From: an uncultured Verrucomicrobiae bacterium
Lineage (GTDB): Bacteria > Verrucomicrobiota > Verrucomicrobiia > Chthoniobacterales > Chthoniobacteraceae
Direction: 5' to 3'
Length of the DNA: 64,000 nucleotides
NCBI GenBank assembly: GCA_963828525.1
Contig: CAWHEP010000003.1
Location: 64,001-128,000, forward strand
Positions 10,984 through 20,673 of this stretch are shown here, piece by piece (the first letter of the stretch is position 1; every line of letters begins with the position of its first letter). The position numbers and the translations under genes were made by a program. The notes under the pieces are model-generated. The model was not told the DNA's origin. It searched no databases and saw only the letters and a list, made by a program, of their open reading frames with translations.

Positions 10984-11673
10984 ATGCAGAGAATAAATGA
11001 GATGCCATCGCAGGATCGGCCACGAGAGCGCATGCTTGAACATGGCGCGGTGGCGCTCAGCGACAGTGAACTCATCGCGATCCTGCTGAGGACAGGCATT
11101 GTCGGAACGAACGCTGTGGAGCTGGCGAGTCAGCTCCTCACCCGTTACAAAACCCTGACAGCGCTTTCGCGCGCCTCCGCCAGGGAACTTGCTGGTATCA
11201 AGGGGATTGGCCCCGCGAAAGGCGTGCAACTCGCGGCGGCTTTCGGCCTCGGGAGCCGGCTGGCGCGCGAAGCCGTGGTGAAACAGAAAATTGATTCTCC
11301 AGAGCTGATCTACGAGTTGGTGGGAACGGAAATGCAAGGACTGCGTCTCGAGGTTCTGAAGGTGATCCTTCTCGATACCCGTTACAATCTGCTGCGTGTT
11401 GAACCCATCTCGAGCGGAAGCCTGAATGAGAGCATCGCGCATCCTCGCGAAGTATTCAGGCCCGCCCTTGTCTATTCCGCCTATGCGGTCGCCGTGGTTC
11501 ACAACCACCCCTCTGGCGACCCCTCCCCCAGTGACGCGGACATCCGCCTCACGCGGCGCCTCGCTGAGGCAGCGGGGATTTTACAGATCAAACTCCTGGA
11601 TCACGTGATAATAGGAGCCCCCAACACCGGGAAGAAAGCTTACTACAGCTTCAAAGAAACCGGTGTCCTTTAG
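10984..11673 (+). CDS. radC: RadC/JAB domain protein
   Basis: RPRERM, LSDSELIAILLRTG, HhH (GIGPAK), HPRE, HNHPSGD and LDHVII. Confidence 0.93.
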   Translation: MQRINEMPSQDRPRERMLEHGAVALSDSELIAILLRTGIVGTNAVELASQLLTRYKTLTALSRASARELAGIKGIGPAKGVQLAAAFGLGSRLAREAVVKQKIDSPELIYELVGTEMQGLRLEVLKVILLDTRYNLLRVEPISSGSLNESIAHPREVFRPALVYSAYAVAVVHNHPSGDPSPSDADIRLTRRLAEAAGILQIKLLDHVIIGAPNTGKKAYYSFKETGVL

Positions 11674-11679
11674 GAGAAG

Positions 11680-12984
11680 CTAGGCAGAGACGGCGAGTTG
11701 CTCGACCGCGCTATTCGCATAGCTAGCGGCGCCATGCGTCCAATGGTGAGGCAGGATGCACACTGCAAAATCGCGGGCGGGCACGGTTCCGGCACCCGCT
11801 ACGTTCTCCGGCTCGACATCGAATGTCGCGCAATGGTCTATGTGATCCGCCATGAGGTTGCCGCGCAGAATCGAAAGGTTCACGTAACAGCGGCCAGCGG
11901 TCATGTTGATCGGACCGGAGACGCATGTGACGGAGCCTTCCGCTGGCAGCGTTTCAGGAAGTCCATGCACGGAATCACTGTCAAACAGGTAGATACCGGT
12001 GTTTCTGAAATCATATACTGCGACACGAAATCGAGGGAATTTTAGGGCCTTGGATGCCTTATAGGACATCGTGACCTTCAGTCGGCTGGTTGAACGGATG
12101 AGTTCGACCGATTCTTCGCTTTCAATCTGGATGGAGGTAAGCCTGGCTTCCCCGTCTCCCTGGCGATCCTGCCGCTCGCTTAAGTCCACAACTTCTCGAG
12201 AGCTTGCAGACTGCAGATACTGCCGCACCACCTGGTCGGCCGGTCCACTGTCCGCCAGACGTCCCCCGTCCAGCACAATCGCGCGCCCGCATAATGAGAG
12301 GATGGATGCCATATTATGGCTCACCAGAAGCACCGTCCGTCCCTGCCTGGCCACATCCCCCATTTTTCCGAGACACTTCTTCTGAAACGCAGAGTCACCC
12401 ACCGCAAGCACCTCATCGACAAGCAGGATTTCCGGTTCAAGATGGGCAGCCACTGCAAACGCAAGCCGCACATACATTCCGCTGGAGTACCGCTTCACGG
12501 GGGTATCGATAAAGTCGCGGATCTCCGCAAACTCCACGATCTCGTCGAATTTACGCGTGATCTCAGTCCGCTTCATTCCCAGCATCGCGCCATTGAGATA
12601 GATGTTTTCGCGGCCTGGAAGATCGGGATGAAAGCCGGTGCCCACTTCCAGGAGAGAGGTGACGCGGCCTCGGAGAGTGGCTTTGCCGGATGAAGGCTCC
12701 GTAATGCGGGAGAGAATTTTCAGAAGAGTGGATTTTCCAGCTCCATTCCTGCCCACCAGTCCCACCACTTCCCCTGGCGCGACGGAGAAAGACACATCTC
12801 TGAGAGCCCAGAAAGACTTTGTGACCTGATTCAAGCGATCCGCCCCAGCCGAAGCGCGTGCGCTGCCCCTGCTTCCCACTCGCTCCCACAAGCGCGTCCA
12901 CGAGTCGCGGATGCTTGTTGAACCGATGCTGCCGAGCGTGTACATTTTGCTCAGCGAATTGACTTCTATTATCGGTCGAGACAT
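11680..12984 (-). CDS. wzt: Polysaccharide ABC exporter ATPase (Wzt) with C-terminal carbohydrate-binding-type domain
   Basis: GRNGAGKST, YSSGMYVRLAF, DEVLAVGD and a C-terminal beta domain of about 170 aa. Start placed at ATG 12984. Confidence 0.88.
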   Translation of the reverse strand: MSRPIIEVNSLSKMYTLGSIGSTSIRDSWTRLWERVGSRGSARASAGADRLNQVTKSFWALRDVSFSVAPGEVVGLVGRNGAGKSTLLKILSRITEPSSGKATLRGRVTSLLEVGTGFHPDLPGRENIYLNGAMLGMKRTEITRKFDEIVEFAEIRDFIDTPVKRYSSGMYVRLAFAVAAHLEPEILLVDEVLAVGDSAFQKKCLGKMGDVARQGRTVLLVSHNMASILSLCGRAIVLDGGRLADSGPADQVVRQYLQSASSREVVDLSERQDRQGDGEARLTSIQIESEESVELIRSTSRLKVTMSYKASKALKFPRFRVAVYDFRNTGIYLFDSDSVHGLPETLPAEGSVTCVSGPINMTAGRCYVNLSILRGNLMADHIDHCATFDVEPENVAGAGTVPARDFAVCILPHHWTHGAASYANSAVEQLAVSA

Positions 12985-13001
12985 TTCAGGGAAATCAGCG
13001 T

Positions 13002-13886
13002 CTAAACGGTGTCGATAAAAGTTCGCTCGGTCTTCTGGAAAATGAGGATTCCCGAAATCAGTGAGGCCACGCCTATCAAGACTGAGATCGCCAGCGAAAC
13101 GGGGGTTACGGTGCCCTTTCCCAGAAGACATAGGCGGCAGGATTCAGTGACAGCGACCATCGGGTTGAAGTTCGCCAGCCACTGAAAGCGGATTGGCACA
13201 GCGGACAAGGGAAAAAAAACCGCGCTGCCGAACATCCAAAGCTGGGTGATGAACTGCAGCAAGTGCCATAAATCACGGTACTTGGATGTGAGGGCGGACA
13301 TCCACAGGCTGATCCCCAGGCTGAGCACTGCGGTATGGAGGATGAGGAGCGGCAGCAAAGCCACGGCGGGCGTCATCGCGAAAGTATGCCCTGCTGGCGT
13401 AAAGAACTTATAGTAGGCGAAAAACGCCAGGAAGGTAAGAAATTGCAAAATGAAGGCCGCCACATTTGAGATGACGAGGGAGAGCGGGATGATGATCCTC
13501 GGGAAATACACTTTGCCGAAAAGCTGGGCGTTATTGGTGAATGTGTTCGAGGCAGATCCAAGATTCTGCGCGAAATAGGTCCAGGCCAGAAGACCGCACA
13601 TGTTGAAAAGGATGGAAGGCAGCGTGTCGGTAGGAATCTTACCGACTTTCTGAAACACGATGGTGAATACGAAGGTGCTGAGCAGCGGCTGGAAGATGAA
13701 CCAGGAAGGACCCAGAAGCGTTTGCTGATACTTGGACACGAACTCGCGGCGTATAAGGAGATAAAGAAGGTCTCGATACTCGATGATCGAACGCGCGTCG
13801 AGATGCAGCCAGCGGGTGTTCGGTTCAATGACGACCTCGTAACCGCTCGCTGATTCGGCAGTGTCGGGAGACAAGGCTGGATTCAT
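13002..13886 (-). CDS. wzm: Polysaccharide ABC exporter permease (Wzm)
   Basis: [20 protein letters not shown] and NPM motifs of ABC-2 permeases. About 6 TMs. Confidence 0.88.
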   Translation of the reverse strand: MNPALSPDTAESASGYEVVIEPNTRWLHLDARSIIEYRDLLYLLIRREFVSKYQQTLLGPSWFIFQPLLSTFVFTIVFQKVGKIPTDTLPSILFNMCGLLAWTYFAQNLGSASNTFTNNAQLFGKVYFPRIIIPLSLVISNVAAFILQFLTFLAFFAYYKFFTPAGHTFAMTPAVALLPLLILHTAVLSLGISLWMSALTSKYRDLWHLLQFITQLWMFGSAVFFPLSAVPIRFQWLANFNPMVAVTESCRLCLLGKGTVTPVSLAISVLIGVASLISGILIFQKTERTFIDTV

Positions 13887-14058
13887 AGGGATGCTCTCAT
13901 CTCACTCGGGTATTCTTATAGACTGTTATGAGAAGAGCGAAAGTAGCAAGAGCCATTCCCTGCGACTGGAATCATGTCTGGAGGGTGAAAGAGCAACAAA
14001 AACTCTTGCCAAGCCCCTGTTCGAGTCACACCTTTCGTTTACCATCGGAGGAACCCCT

Positions 14059-15066
14059 ATGAGCACACCCGCAACTACCGAAGCCGTAAAAACCGCGCCG
14101 CAAACCAGTCAACTCGAGCAGCTAAAGAAATTCACCAAGGTCGTGGCGGACACCGGTGACTTTGAGTCGATGCGAGAATTTGAGCCCTACGACGCAACGA
14201 CGAACCCGAGCCTGATCCTGGCAGCGACGCAAAAGAAAGAGTATGCTCACTTGCTGGAAAAGGTGCTTTCTGAGACGAAGTCCTCGCGAGCGTCTGGAGC
14301 AAAAGGCGTTGATCAGGCCATTGACGCGCTGCTCGTCGCCTTTGGAGCGGAGATTTTGAGCATCGTTCCGGGCAGAGTTTCCACCGAGACGGACGCCCGC
14401 CTGTCGTTCGATACGCAGGGGTCCATCGACAAAGGTCGCGAGCTGATTGCTCTCTACGAAAAAAGAAGCATTTCTCGCGAGCGCGTCCTTATCAAAATAG
14501 CTTCTACCTGGGAGGGTATTGCGGCTGCAGAGGTTCTGCAAAAGGAAGGAATCAACTGCAACCTGACCCTTTTATTTTCGCTTCCGCAGGCAGTGCGCTG
14601 CGCGGAGGCAAAGGTGACCCTTATCTCGCCCTTCGTTGGACGCATCTATGACTGGTTCAAGGCCCGCGACAAGAAGGAATTCACCGGCGCGGAGGATCCG
14701 GGGGTGCAATCCGTCCAGACCATTTATAACTATTACAAGAAGTTCGGCTACACGACCGAGGTCATGGGCGCGAGCTTCCGCAACACCAGCCAGATCGTCG
14801 AATTGGCGGGGTGTGACCTGCTTACCATCAGCCCGGAGCTGCTCGCGAAGCTGGCCAAGTCCCATGACCCTCTCGAACGCAAGCTCCTGCCAGACGCCGC
14901 GAAGAATGCGGATGTGGAGCGGCTGGAGATGGATGAAAAGAAGTTCCGCTTCCTGCTGAATGATGATGCGATGGCCACCGAGAAGACAGCAGAAGGCATT
15001 CGAAAGTTCGCCGCCGATATCGTGAAGCTCGAGAAGTTGATCAGCGACAAGATCGCGCTGGGCTGA
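14059..15066 (+). CDS. tal: Transaldolase
   Basis: [28 protein letters not shown] and [17 protein letters not shown] before ATG 14059. Confidence 0.96.
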   Translation: MSTPATTEAVKTAPQTSQLEQLKKFTKVVADTGDFESMREFEPYDATTNPSLILAATQKKEYAHLLEKVLSETKSSRASGAKGVDQAIDALLVAFGAEILSIVPGRVSTETDARLSFDTQGSIDKGRELIALYEKRSISRERVLIKIASTWEGIAAAEVLQKEGINCNLTLLFSLPQAVRCAEAKVTLISPFVGRIYDWFKARDKKEFTGAEDPGVQSVQTIYNYYKKFGYTTEVMGASFRNTSQIVELAGCDLLTISPELLAKLAKSHDPLERKLLPDAAKNADVERLEMDEKKFRFLLNDDAMATEKTAEGIRKFAADIVKLEKLISDKIALG

Positions 15067-15112
15067 GGGCGGGTTGCTTTAGCGCGGAAGCTCGTCGAAG
15101 TTCCGCGCAGGG

Positions 15113-18088
15113 GTGATTGAAGCGGAGCACAACGCGGAGTTGGAGCGGCGAATCCGGCAGATTGGCGAAGAAATTTTCTCCCGGATGCGAGAAGGAAGGT
15201 TCTCGCTATTTGACCAGCGGAATTGGACCGGAAAGATGATGGCGTGGTCGCTGCAGGATGAGCGATTCAAAACGCAGCTATTCCGGTTCGTGGATGTTCT
15301 CCCCGCCCTTAAAACTCCGAGGGCATTCATTGCGCATCTCCAGGAATACTTCGGTGATGAGGCCTCCGGACTTCCAAAACCGTTGAGGGTTATGCTGTCG
15401 ATTGGCACCCTCTTCCCGGCGCTGACGAGCTGGATTGTGAAGCGCAATGTCGTTGCGATGGCAGGACAATTCATAACAGGGGCGACCGCCGACAAGGCTC
15501 TGCCGATGCTCAGGAGAAGTTCACGGCGCGGCGCGGGCTTTACCGTGGATATTCTGGGAGAGGCGGTGTTAAGCGAAGAAGAAGCGGAGGCCTATGCCAG
15601 GCGTTATAGCGAACTGCTGGAGAGGTTGTCGGAAAAGACCTCTGATTGGGGCGATGCCCCTTCCAGTCAGCCGCGGGTAAATGTTTCAGTGAAGATTTCG
15701 GCTCTTTATTCCCAGATTCGGCCTGCTGATCCGGAGCGGGCGACCGATGAGCTGAAGACCCGGCTCCGACCCCTGCTCCGGCGGGCGCGTGAGTTGGGGG
15801 CCTTCGTGAATCTCGACATGGAGAGCTATTCGCTGAAGAATCTCACGCTGCATCTGTTCAAAAGCCTGATGGACGAGCCCGAATTTCTCTCGTACGGGAA
15901 TATAGGGATAGTCATTCAAGCTTATCTGAAGGACAGCGAGCGCGATCTTCTGAGCTTGATCGAATGGGCCAGATCACGACCCCGCCAGTTCACTGTCCGC
16001 CTGGTCAAAGGCGCATACTGGGATTACGAGCGCGTGGTCGCTGGCCAGAAAAACTGGGAAGTGCCGGTGTTCGAGCAGAAGTCTCAGACAGACGCCAGCT
16101 ACGAGCGACTGGCCGCGCTGTTGATACAGAATGACGAGACTGTCTGCGCTGCCTTCGCCACGCACAATGTCCGGAGCATCTCGAGCATACTCGCGCAAAC
16201 GGAAGCTGCGGGGCTGTCCCCGGATCGTTTCGAGTTTCAGATGCTGTACGGCATGGTCGAAGTGATAGAAGAGGCGCTGATCGGAATGGGTTTTCACGTC
16301 CGCGAATATTGTCCAATAGGAGAGCTGCTCCCGGGGATGGCCTACCTCGTAAGGCGTCTTCTTGAGAACACCTCGAACGAAGGTTTTCTGCGCGCCAAAT
16401 TCGCTTCTTCTGTTTCCACGGAAGACCTCCTCCGTGATCCTCGCGCGGCCGAGGCTGGGGCAGCATCGACAATCCGGCGAACAAGTGGCTTCAGGCATGA
16501 GCCACTTGCGGATTTTTCCCGCGAAAGCGACCGGGCGGCCATGGGAGCCGCCCTGGACGCAGAACGGACGAAATTTGGATCGCGCATCCCGATGGTGATC
16601 GACGCCAAATCGGCGCCGGGAAGCTCGGAAGTGGCCTCCGTGAATCCCGCGAGGCCTTCCGAGGTGGTCGGTTGGGTGTCATTCGCTTCAATTGAACACG
16701 CCGACATGGCAGTCACCGCTGCGCGCCGGGCGCATGGCTCCTGGAGCCGAACCGGCTTTTCGGCGCGAGCTGCGCTGCTTGAGAAAGCAGCTGATTTAAT
16801 GCGCGTTCGCCGCTATGAACTGGCCGCTCTCGAAGTCTGGGAAGTCGGGAAGACCTGGCAGGAGGCAGACGCCGACGTCGTTGAGGCCATAGACTACTGC
16901 AACTTCTATGCGGACGAGACGCGCCGCCTCGAATCGTGGGAGCTAACCGAGCACACGGCTGGCGAACGGAATACGCACGGATACACCTCTCGCGGGGTAG
17001 GCGTAATCATCGCGCCGTGGAATTTCCCCCTTGCGATCCTTTGTGGAATGACGGCGGCAGCAATCGTGACCGGCAATTGCGCGATCATGAAGCCTGCCGA
17101 GCAATCGTCCGTGATCGCGTTCCGACTCATGCGGATTTTCGAGGAAGCAGGTTTCCCCCCGGGTGTCGTAAATCTGATAACGGGGAGCGGCGAGGAAGTC
17201 GGAGCGCGCCTTGTCGAGCATCCTCGCGTCGAATTTGTCGCGTTCACGGGGTCGAAGGAAGTGGGTCTAAAGATTCTCGAGTCTGCCGGCAGGACGAAGG
17301 CGTCGCAATCGGAAGTTAAGAAGGTCGTTTGCGAGATGGGTGGCAAGAACGCCCTTATCGTTGACGATGACGCGGATCTCGATGACGCGGTAGCAGGCGC
17401 GCTTTACTCAGCCTTTGGCTACCAGGGCCAAAAATGTTCCGCCCTTTCGCGGCTCATCCTGCTGGAGGATATTCATGACGAGGTTCTTGCGCGGTTGATC
17501 GAAGCGGCTGGCAGTTTGGAAGTTGGGCCGCCGAGCCAACCCTCCATCTTCATGGGGCCTCTCATCGATAAAGACGCCCTCGAGCGGGTTCATCAATACG
17601 TTGAGATCGGGACTCGCGAGGCAACTCTCTCCTTCAAGGGACGTCTGTCCACCGCGGAAGGATTTTTCTACCCACCCGTCATTTTCTCCGACGTTCCGCG
17701 TGACGCGCGGATCGCGCGCGAAGAGATATTCGGCCCGGTGTTATGCGTGATGCGAGCTTCATCTCTGGATGAAGCGCTTCGCCTCGCGAACGATAGCGAC
17801 TTCGCTCTTACCGGCGGATTTTATTCGCGAAGTCCGGCCCGCATCGAGCGGGTGAAAAGGGAGTTTAGGGTGGGCAATTTGTATATCAACAGGCCGATCA
17901 CGGGCGCTGTTGTCAAGCGCCAGCCTTTTGGAGGTTTCAAAATGTCGGGGGCGGGAACGAAGGCGGGTGGGCGGGATTATCTCAAGAACTTCATGTTATC
18001 ACGAGTCATCAGCGAGAATGTAATGCGACACGGCTTCGCGCCGGCTGACGTAGCCCCATTTGGTGGCACAGAACGCGCGAGCTGTTGA
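15113..18088 (+). CDS. putA: Bifunctional proline dehydrogenase / P5C dehydrogenase
   Basis: PRODH motifs (RLVKGAYWD, ATHN, YLVRRLLEN) and ALDH motifs (PWNFP, FTGS, EMGGKN, GQKCSA, EEIFGP). Confidence 0.95.
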   Translation: MIEAEHNAELERRIRQIGEEIFSRMREGRFSLFDQRNWTGKMMAWSLQDERFKTQLFRFVDVLPALKTPRAFIAHLQEYFGDEASGLPKPLRVMLSIGTLFPALTSWIVKRNVVAMAGQFITGATADKALPMLRRSSRRGAGFTVDILGEAVLSEEEAEAYARRYSELLERLSEKTSDWGDAPSSQPRVNVSVKISALYSQIRPADPERATDELKTRLRPLLRRARELGAFVNLDMESYSLKNLTLHLFKSLMDEPEFLSYGNIGIVIQAYLKDSERDLLSLIEWARSRPRQFTVRLVKGAYWDYERVVAGQKNWEVPVFEQKSQTDASYERLAALLIQNDETVCAAFATHNVRSISSILAQTEAAGLSPDRFEFQMLYGMVEVIEEALIGMGFHVREYCPIGELLPGMAYLVRRLLENTSNEGFLRAKFASSVSTEDLLRDPRAAEAGAASTIRRTSGFRHEPLADFSRESDRAAMGAALDAERTKFGSRIPMVIDAKSAPGSSEVASVNPARPSEVVGWVSFASIEHADMAVTAARRAHGSWSRTGFSARAALLEKAADLMRVRRYELAALEVWEVGKTWQEADADVVEAIDYCNFYADETRRLESWELTEHTAGERNTHGYTSRGVGVIIAPWNFPLAILCGMTAAAIVTGNCAIMKPAEQSSVIAFRLMRIFEEAGFPPGVVNLITGSGEEVGARLVEHPRVEFVAFTGSKEVGLKILESAGRTKASQSEVKKVVCEMGGKNALIVDDDADLDDAVAGALYSAFGYQGQKCSALSRLILLEDIHDEVLARLIEAAGSLEVGPPSQPSIFMGPLIDKDALERVHQYVEIGTREATLSFKGRLSTAEGFFYPPVIFSDVPRDARIAREEIFGPVLCVMRASSLDEALRLANDSDFALTGGFYSRSPARIERVKREFRVGNLYINRPITGAVVKRQPFGGFKMSGAGTKAGGRDYLKNFMLSRVISENVMRHGFAPADVAPFGGTERASC

Positions 18089-18146
18089 AGGACAATCCCG
18101 CGTTGTGTAGCATTCCGTGGCGCGCGACCCGCGCTGAAGTCCAACG

Positions 18147-18812
18147 ATGATCCAGAAACTCATAGCCGAGATCGGAAAAAGCCAGCGTCTCGAAATACTA
18201 AATGTTTTGAAGCGCACTCAAGGGCTTTCGGTGAACGAGTTGGCAGGCCGGATGAACATGAGCTACATGGGGGTGAAGCAGCATTGTGTGGAACTCGCGC
18301 GCGATGGCTACCTGGACACATGGCGCAGGGCAAAACCAATCGGGCGTCCTGAAATGCTCTATCGTCTCACAAGGCGCTCCCACGAGCTTTTCCCGGTCGC
18401 CAGCAACGAACTGACCTTGCGACTTCTGGACTCGGCCGAAAAGCTTTACGGTCCTGCCTCATCGGAGAAATTGCTCTTCATGGTATTTCAGGAGAAAGGC
18501 GCAAAGTATATGGCGAAAGTTAAAGGCGACACCCTCCCGGCTCGAACAATCTCGCTCGCTCGCCTTCGCGACGGAGAGGGGTATATGTCGCAGGTTGAAA
18601 GCGGGAAGTTGCTTGCCATAGTAGAACACCACTCCCCAATACTTGATCTGCTGCGCGCTTTTCCCATCGTAGCGCGTCTGGAGGCCGAGATGTTTGAGAA
18701 AGTACTGAACATCCGAGTGGCAAGACAGGAGATCTCCGCATCGGGACTCTATTGCTGCACGTTTAGTCTTGGCGAACCGGCGGCTGAAGAGCTCTTCGCG
18801 CACATTGCTTGA
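18147..18812 (+). CDS. Winged-HTH transcriptional regulator (SufR/COG2345-like)
   Basis: HTH (LSVNELAGRMNMSYMGVKQH), GRP..LYRLT, EGYM and EHHSPI. Confidence 0.75.
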   Translation: MIQKLIAEIGKSQRLEILNVLKRTQGLSVNELAGRMNMSYMGVKQHCVELARDGYLDTWRRAKPIGRPEMLYRLTRRSHELFPVASNELTLRLLDSAEKLYGPASSEKLLFMVFQEKGAKYMAKVKGDTLPARTISLARLRDGEGYMSQVESGKLLAIVEHHSPILDLLRAFPIVARLEAEMFEKVLNIRVARQEISASGLYCCTFSLGEPAAEELFAHIA

Positions 18813-18845
18813 TTTCTTTCATTTTTACTGATTGATTCATTGGAG

Positions 18846-18922
18846 GTGCCTGTAGCTCAATTGGATAGAGTTTCTGACTTCGGATCAGAAGGTTGGCGGT
18901 TCGAGCCCGTCCAGGCACACCA
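18846..18922 (+). tRNA. tRNA-Arg, anticodon TCG
   Basis: Acceptor stem GTGCCTG/CAGGCAC, D arm TAGCTCAATTGGATAGAG, anticodon stem TCTGA/TCAGA with loop CTTCGGA, T loop TTCGAGC and encoded CCA. Confidence 0.93.
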
Positions 18923-19044
18923 AATTATATGGCTGTGAGGCAGCCATCAGGGCCGCCAGATATACTAGTCATTTTGGCAATGTTACGTTCAGGTTACATT
19001 CAGCGCTTGACCTGTAGCAGCATGACATTTACAGGGGGAAGATC

Positions 19045-19462
19045 ATGAACATAAAAACACTAACCAGTTCGCATGTGCAACGCTTGCTCGAGTTGACAAA
19101 GAAACGAGAAGCTACCGCGACTGAATTGGCGCATATCGAAAGCCAAATCGCCGTTCTATACGGTAACGGAGAATCAACTATTCCATCCGCTGCCATCGCC
19201 GCGCCGCCTGCTCCAAGGCGCCGCGGCCCTGGACGCCCCCCCGGGAAGAGCGCCCAACCTGGCGCCGGCCGCCGGGGAAACCTCAAGGAGAGGATAATGT
19301 CGCTCTTGAAGACCGCGGGCTCCAAAGGGCTGAAGAGTACGAGATGTTGCGGAAGGAATTGGAGCGAAGCAGGGCGCTGTGAACGTGTGGTTTTACACAA
19401 CGGGCAAGACCGTTCCGGGCTTAAAGAAGGTCGCTCCGGGAACCTTCTCTTTTAAGGGCTAG
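19045..19462 (+). CDS. Small basic putative DNA-binding protein (one apparent +1 frameshift near 19333)
   Basis: Coiled-coil N-terminus and Arg/Pro/Gly linker. Removing one base gives an HTH-like tail, LRVRDVAEGIGAKQGAVNVWFYTTGK...FSFKG*, ending at TAG 19460-19462. Confidence 0.7.
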
Positions 19463-19540
19463 TCGCGAGAACAATCACAGCCGGGTTCAATCCCCTGCTC
19501 GCGGAAAATCATCGCCCGGGCTTTGGATAGCTTCAGCTGA

Positions 19541-20593
19541 TTACCTTACTTCCGCAGCCTGCGCCGGAGGAAGGTATATCTTCACGTCTGCTTTCTGACG
19601 AATATCAGCCAAAAGCGTTTGCACAGCATTCTGACGCTTCTGGTTCGACATGAAAGCCATCAGCTTCTCTTTCACTTCTGGAAAAGGAACTACCCTGGCA
19701 TCCTTGCGATCCGTCGCCTTTATGATGTGATAGCCGAACTGCGTCTTGACCAGCCCGCTTACTTCATCCTTTTTCAGCTTAAAGGCGGCGTCAGCAAATT
19801 CGGGTACCATCCTTTCCCTGGGAAAGAAGTCGAGGTCTCCACCTTTGATCTTGGAGCCGGGATCATCGGATAGTTCGCTGGCGACTTTTGCGAACGATTC
19901 GCCGCCTTTCACGCGGGCGAGCGCGGCTTCCGCGTCCTTCTGCTTCTTCGCGGCTACCTCAGGAGACGCGTCCTTGGGAACCGCGATGAGAATGTGACTG
20001 GCGCGAACAGTTTCCGGCATGTTGAATTTCTCGGGATTCTTGTCGTAAAAGCTTTGGGCGTCGGCTTCCGAAACATCTACCTTGCCGCCAATTTGCGCGT
20101 CTATCCACTTCCGCGCGCGGATGTTTTTGCGAAGACTATCCTTGATTTGATCCAGTGTCTGGCCGGTGCGCGCCACTTCGGCCTTCATCTGCTCCTCCGA
20201 ACCATAGCGTTGCTTCAGCCGATTATATTCCGCGTCAACTTCCGCGTCTGTGACAGCCACGTCAGCAGACCTTTTAGCAATAAGCTTCTGCATCACGATC
20301 TGGTCAAGGACTGCATGATAACCTTGCAGCTTCTGCTCCCGGCTGAAATCTGCGAGCGTCTTGCCGTGCTGGGCGAGCGCCGCGTTTAAGGTGCCTTCCA
20401 AATCGACTTTATTGATTGGCTGCCCTTCCACTTCGGCTACGGGATCCTTAAGCACGAAATCTGTGGGTGGCAGCGCGACGCCCGCGGGCTTCTCCACAGA
20501 AGGAGTGGCCATAGCGGACGCGGCCTTGGAAGTCGAAGACAGCGCGCTAGTAAGAAGGGGGGCGCATAAGACGAGGAGGAGAGTCGGTTTCAT
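19541..20593 (-). CDS. Parvulin-type peptidyl-prolyl isomerase (PrsA/SurA-like foldase)
   Basis: Signal peptide, SurA-N-like helical region, VRASHILI, SDDPGS..GGDL and VKTQFGYHII. Confidence 0.9.
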   Translation of the reverse strand: MKPTLLLVLCAPLLTSALSSTSKAASAMATPSVEKPAGVALPPTDFVLKDPVAEVEGQPINKVDLEGTLNAALAQHGKTLADFSREQKLQGYHAVLDQIVMQKLIAKRSADVAVTDAEVDAEYNRLKQRYGSEEQMKAEVARTGQTLDQIKDSLRKNIRARKWIDAQIGGKVDVSEADAQSFYDKNPEKFNMPETVRASHILIAVPKDASPEVAAKKQKDAEAALARVKGGESFAKVASELSDDPGSKIKGGDLDFFPRERMVPEFADAAFKLKKDEVSGLVKTQFGYHIIKATDRKDARVVPFPEVKEKLMAFMSNQKRQNAVQTLLADIRQKADVKIYLPPAQAAEVR

Positions 20594-20673
20594 GTAGGGT
20601 GGCAAACTGGCATGCTTGGTTAACGCGCGCCAGCTATTCTTTGCTCGTAAAGCGTCGATGTTTTGAGAGGTTC

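Noticed and set aside
10984..11673. radC as a marker of a mobile or anti-defence element
   Set aside because: It is the full-length chromosomal form with an HhH region, in a housekeeping context.
18846..19050. Genomic island integrated at tRNA-Arg
   Set aside because: There is no integrase, and I saw no duplicate of the tRNA 3' end in the window.
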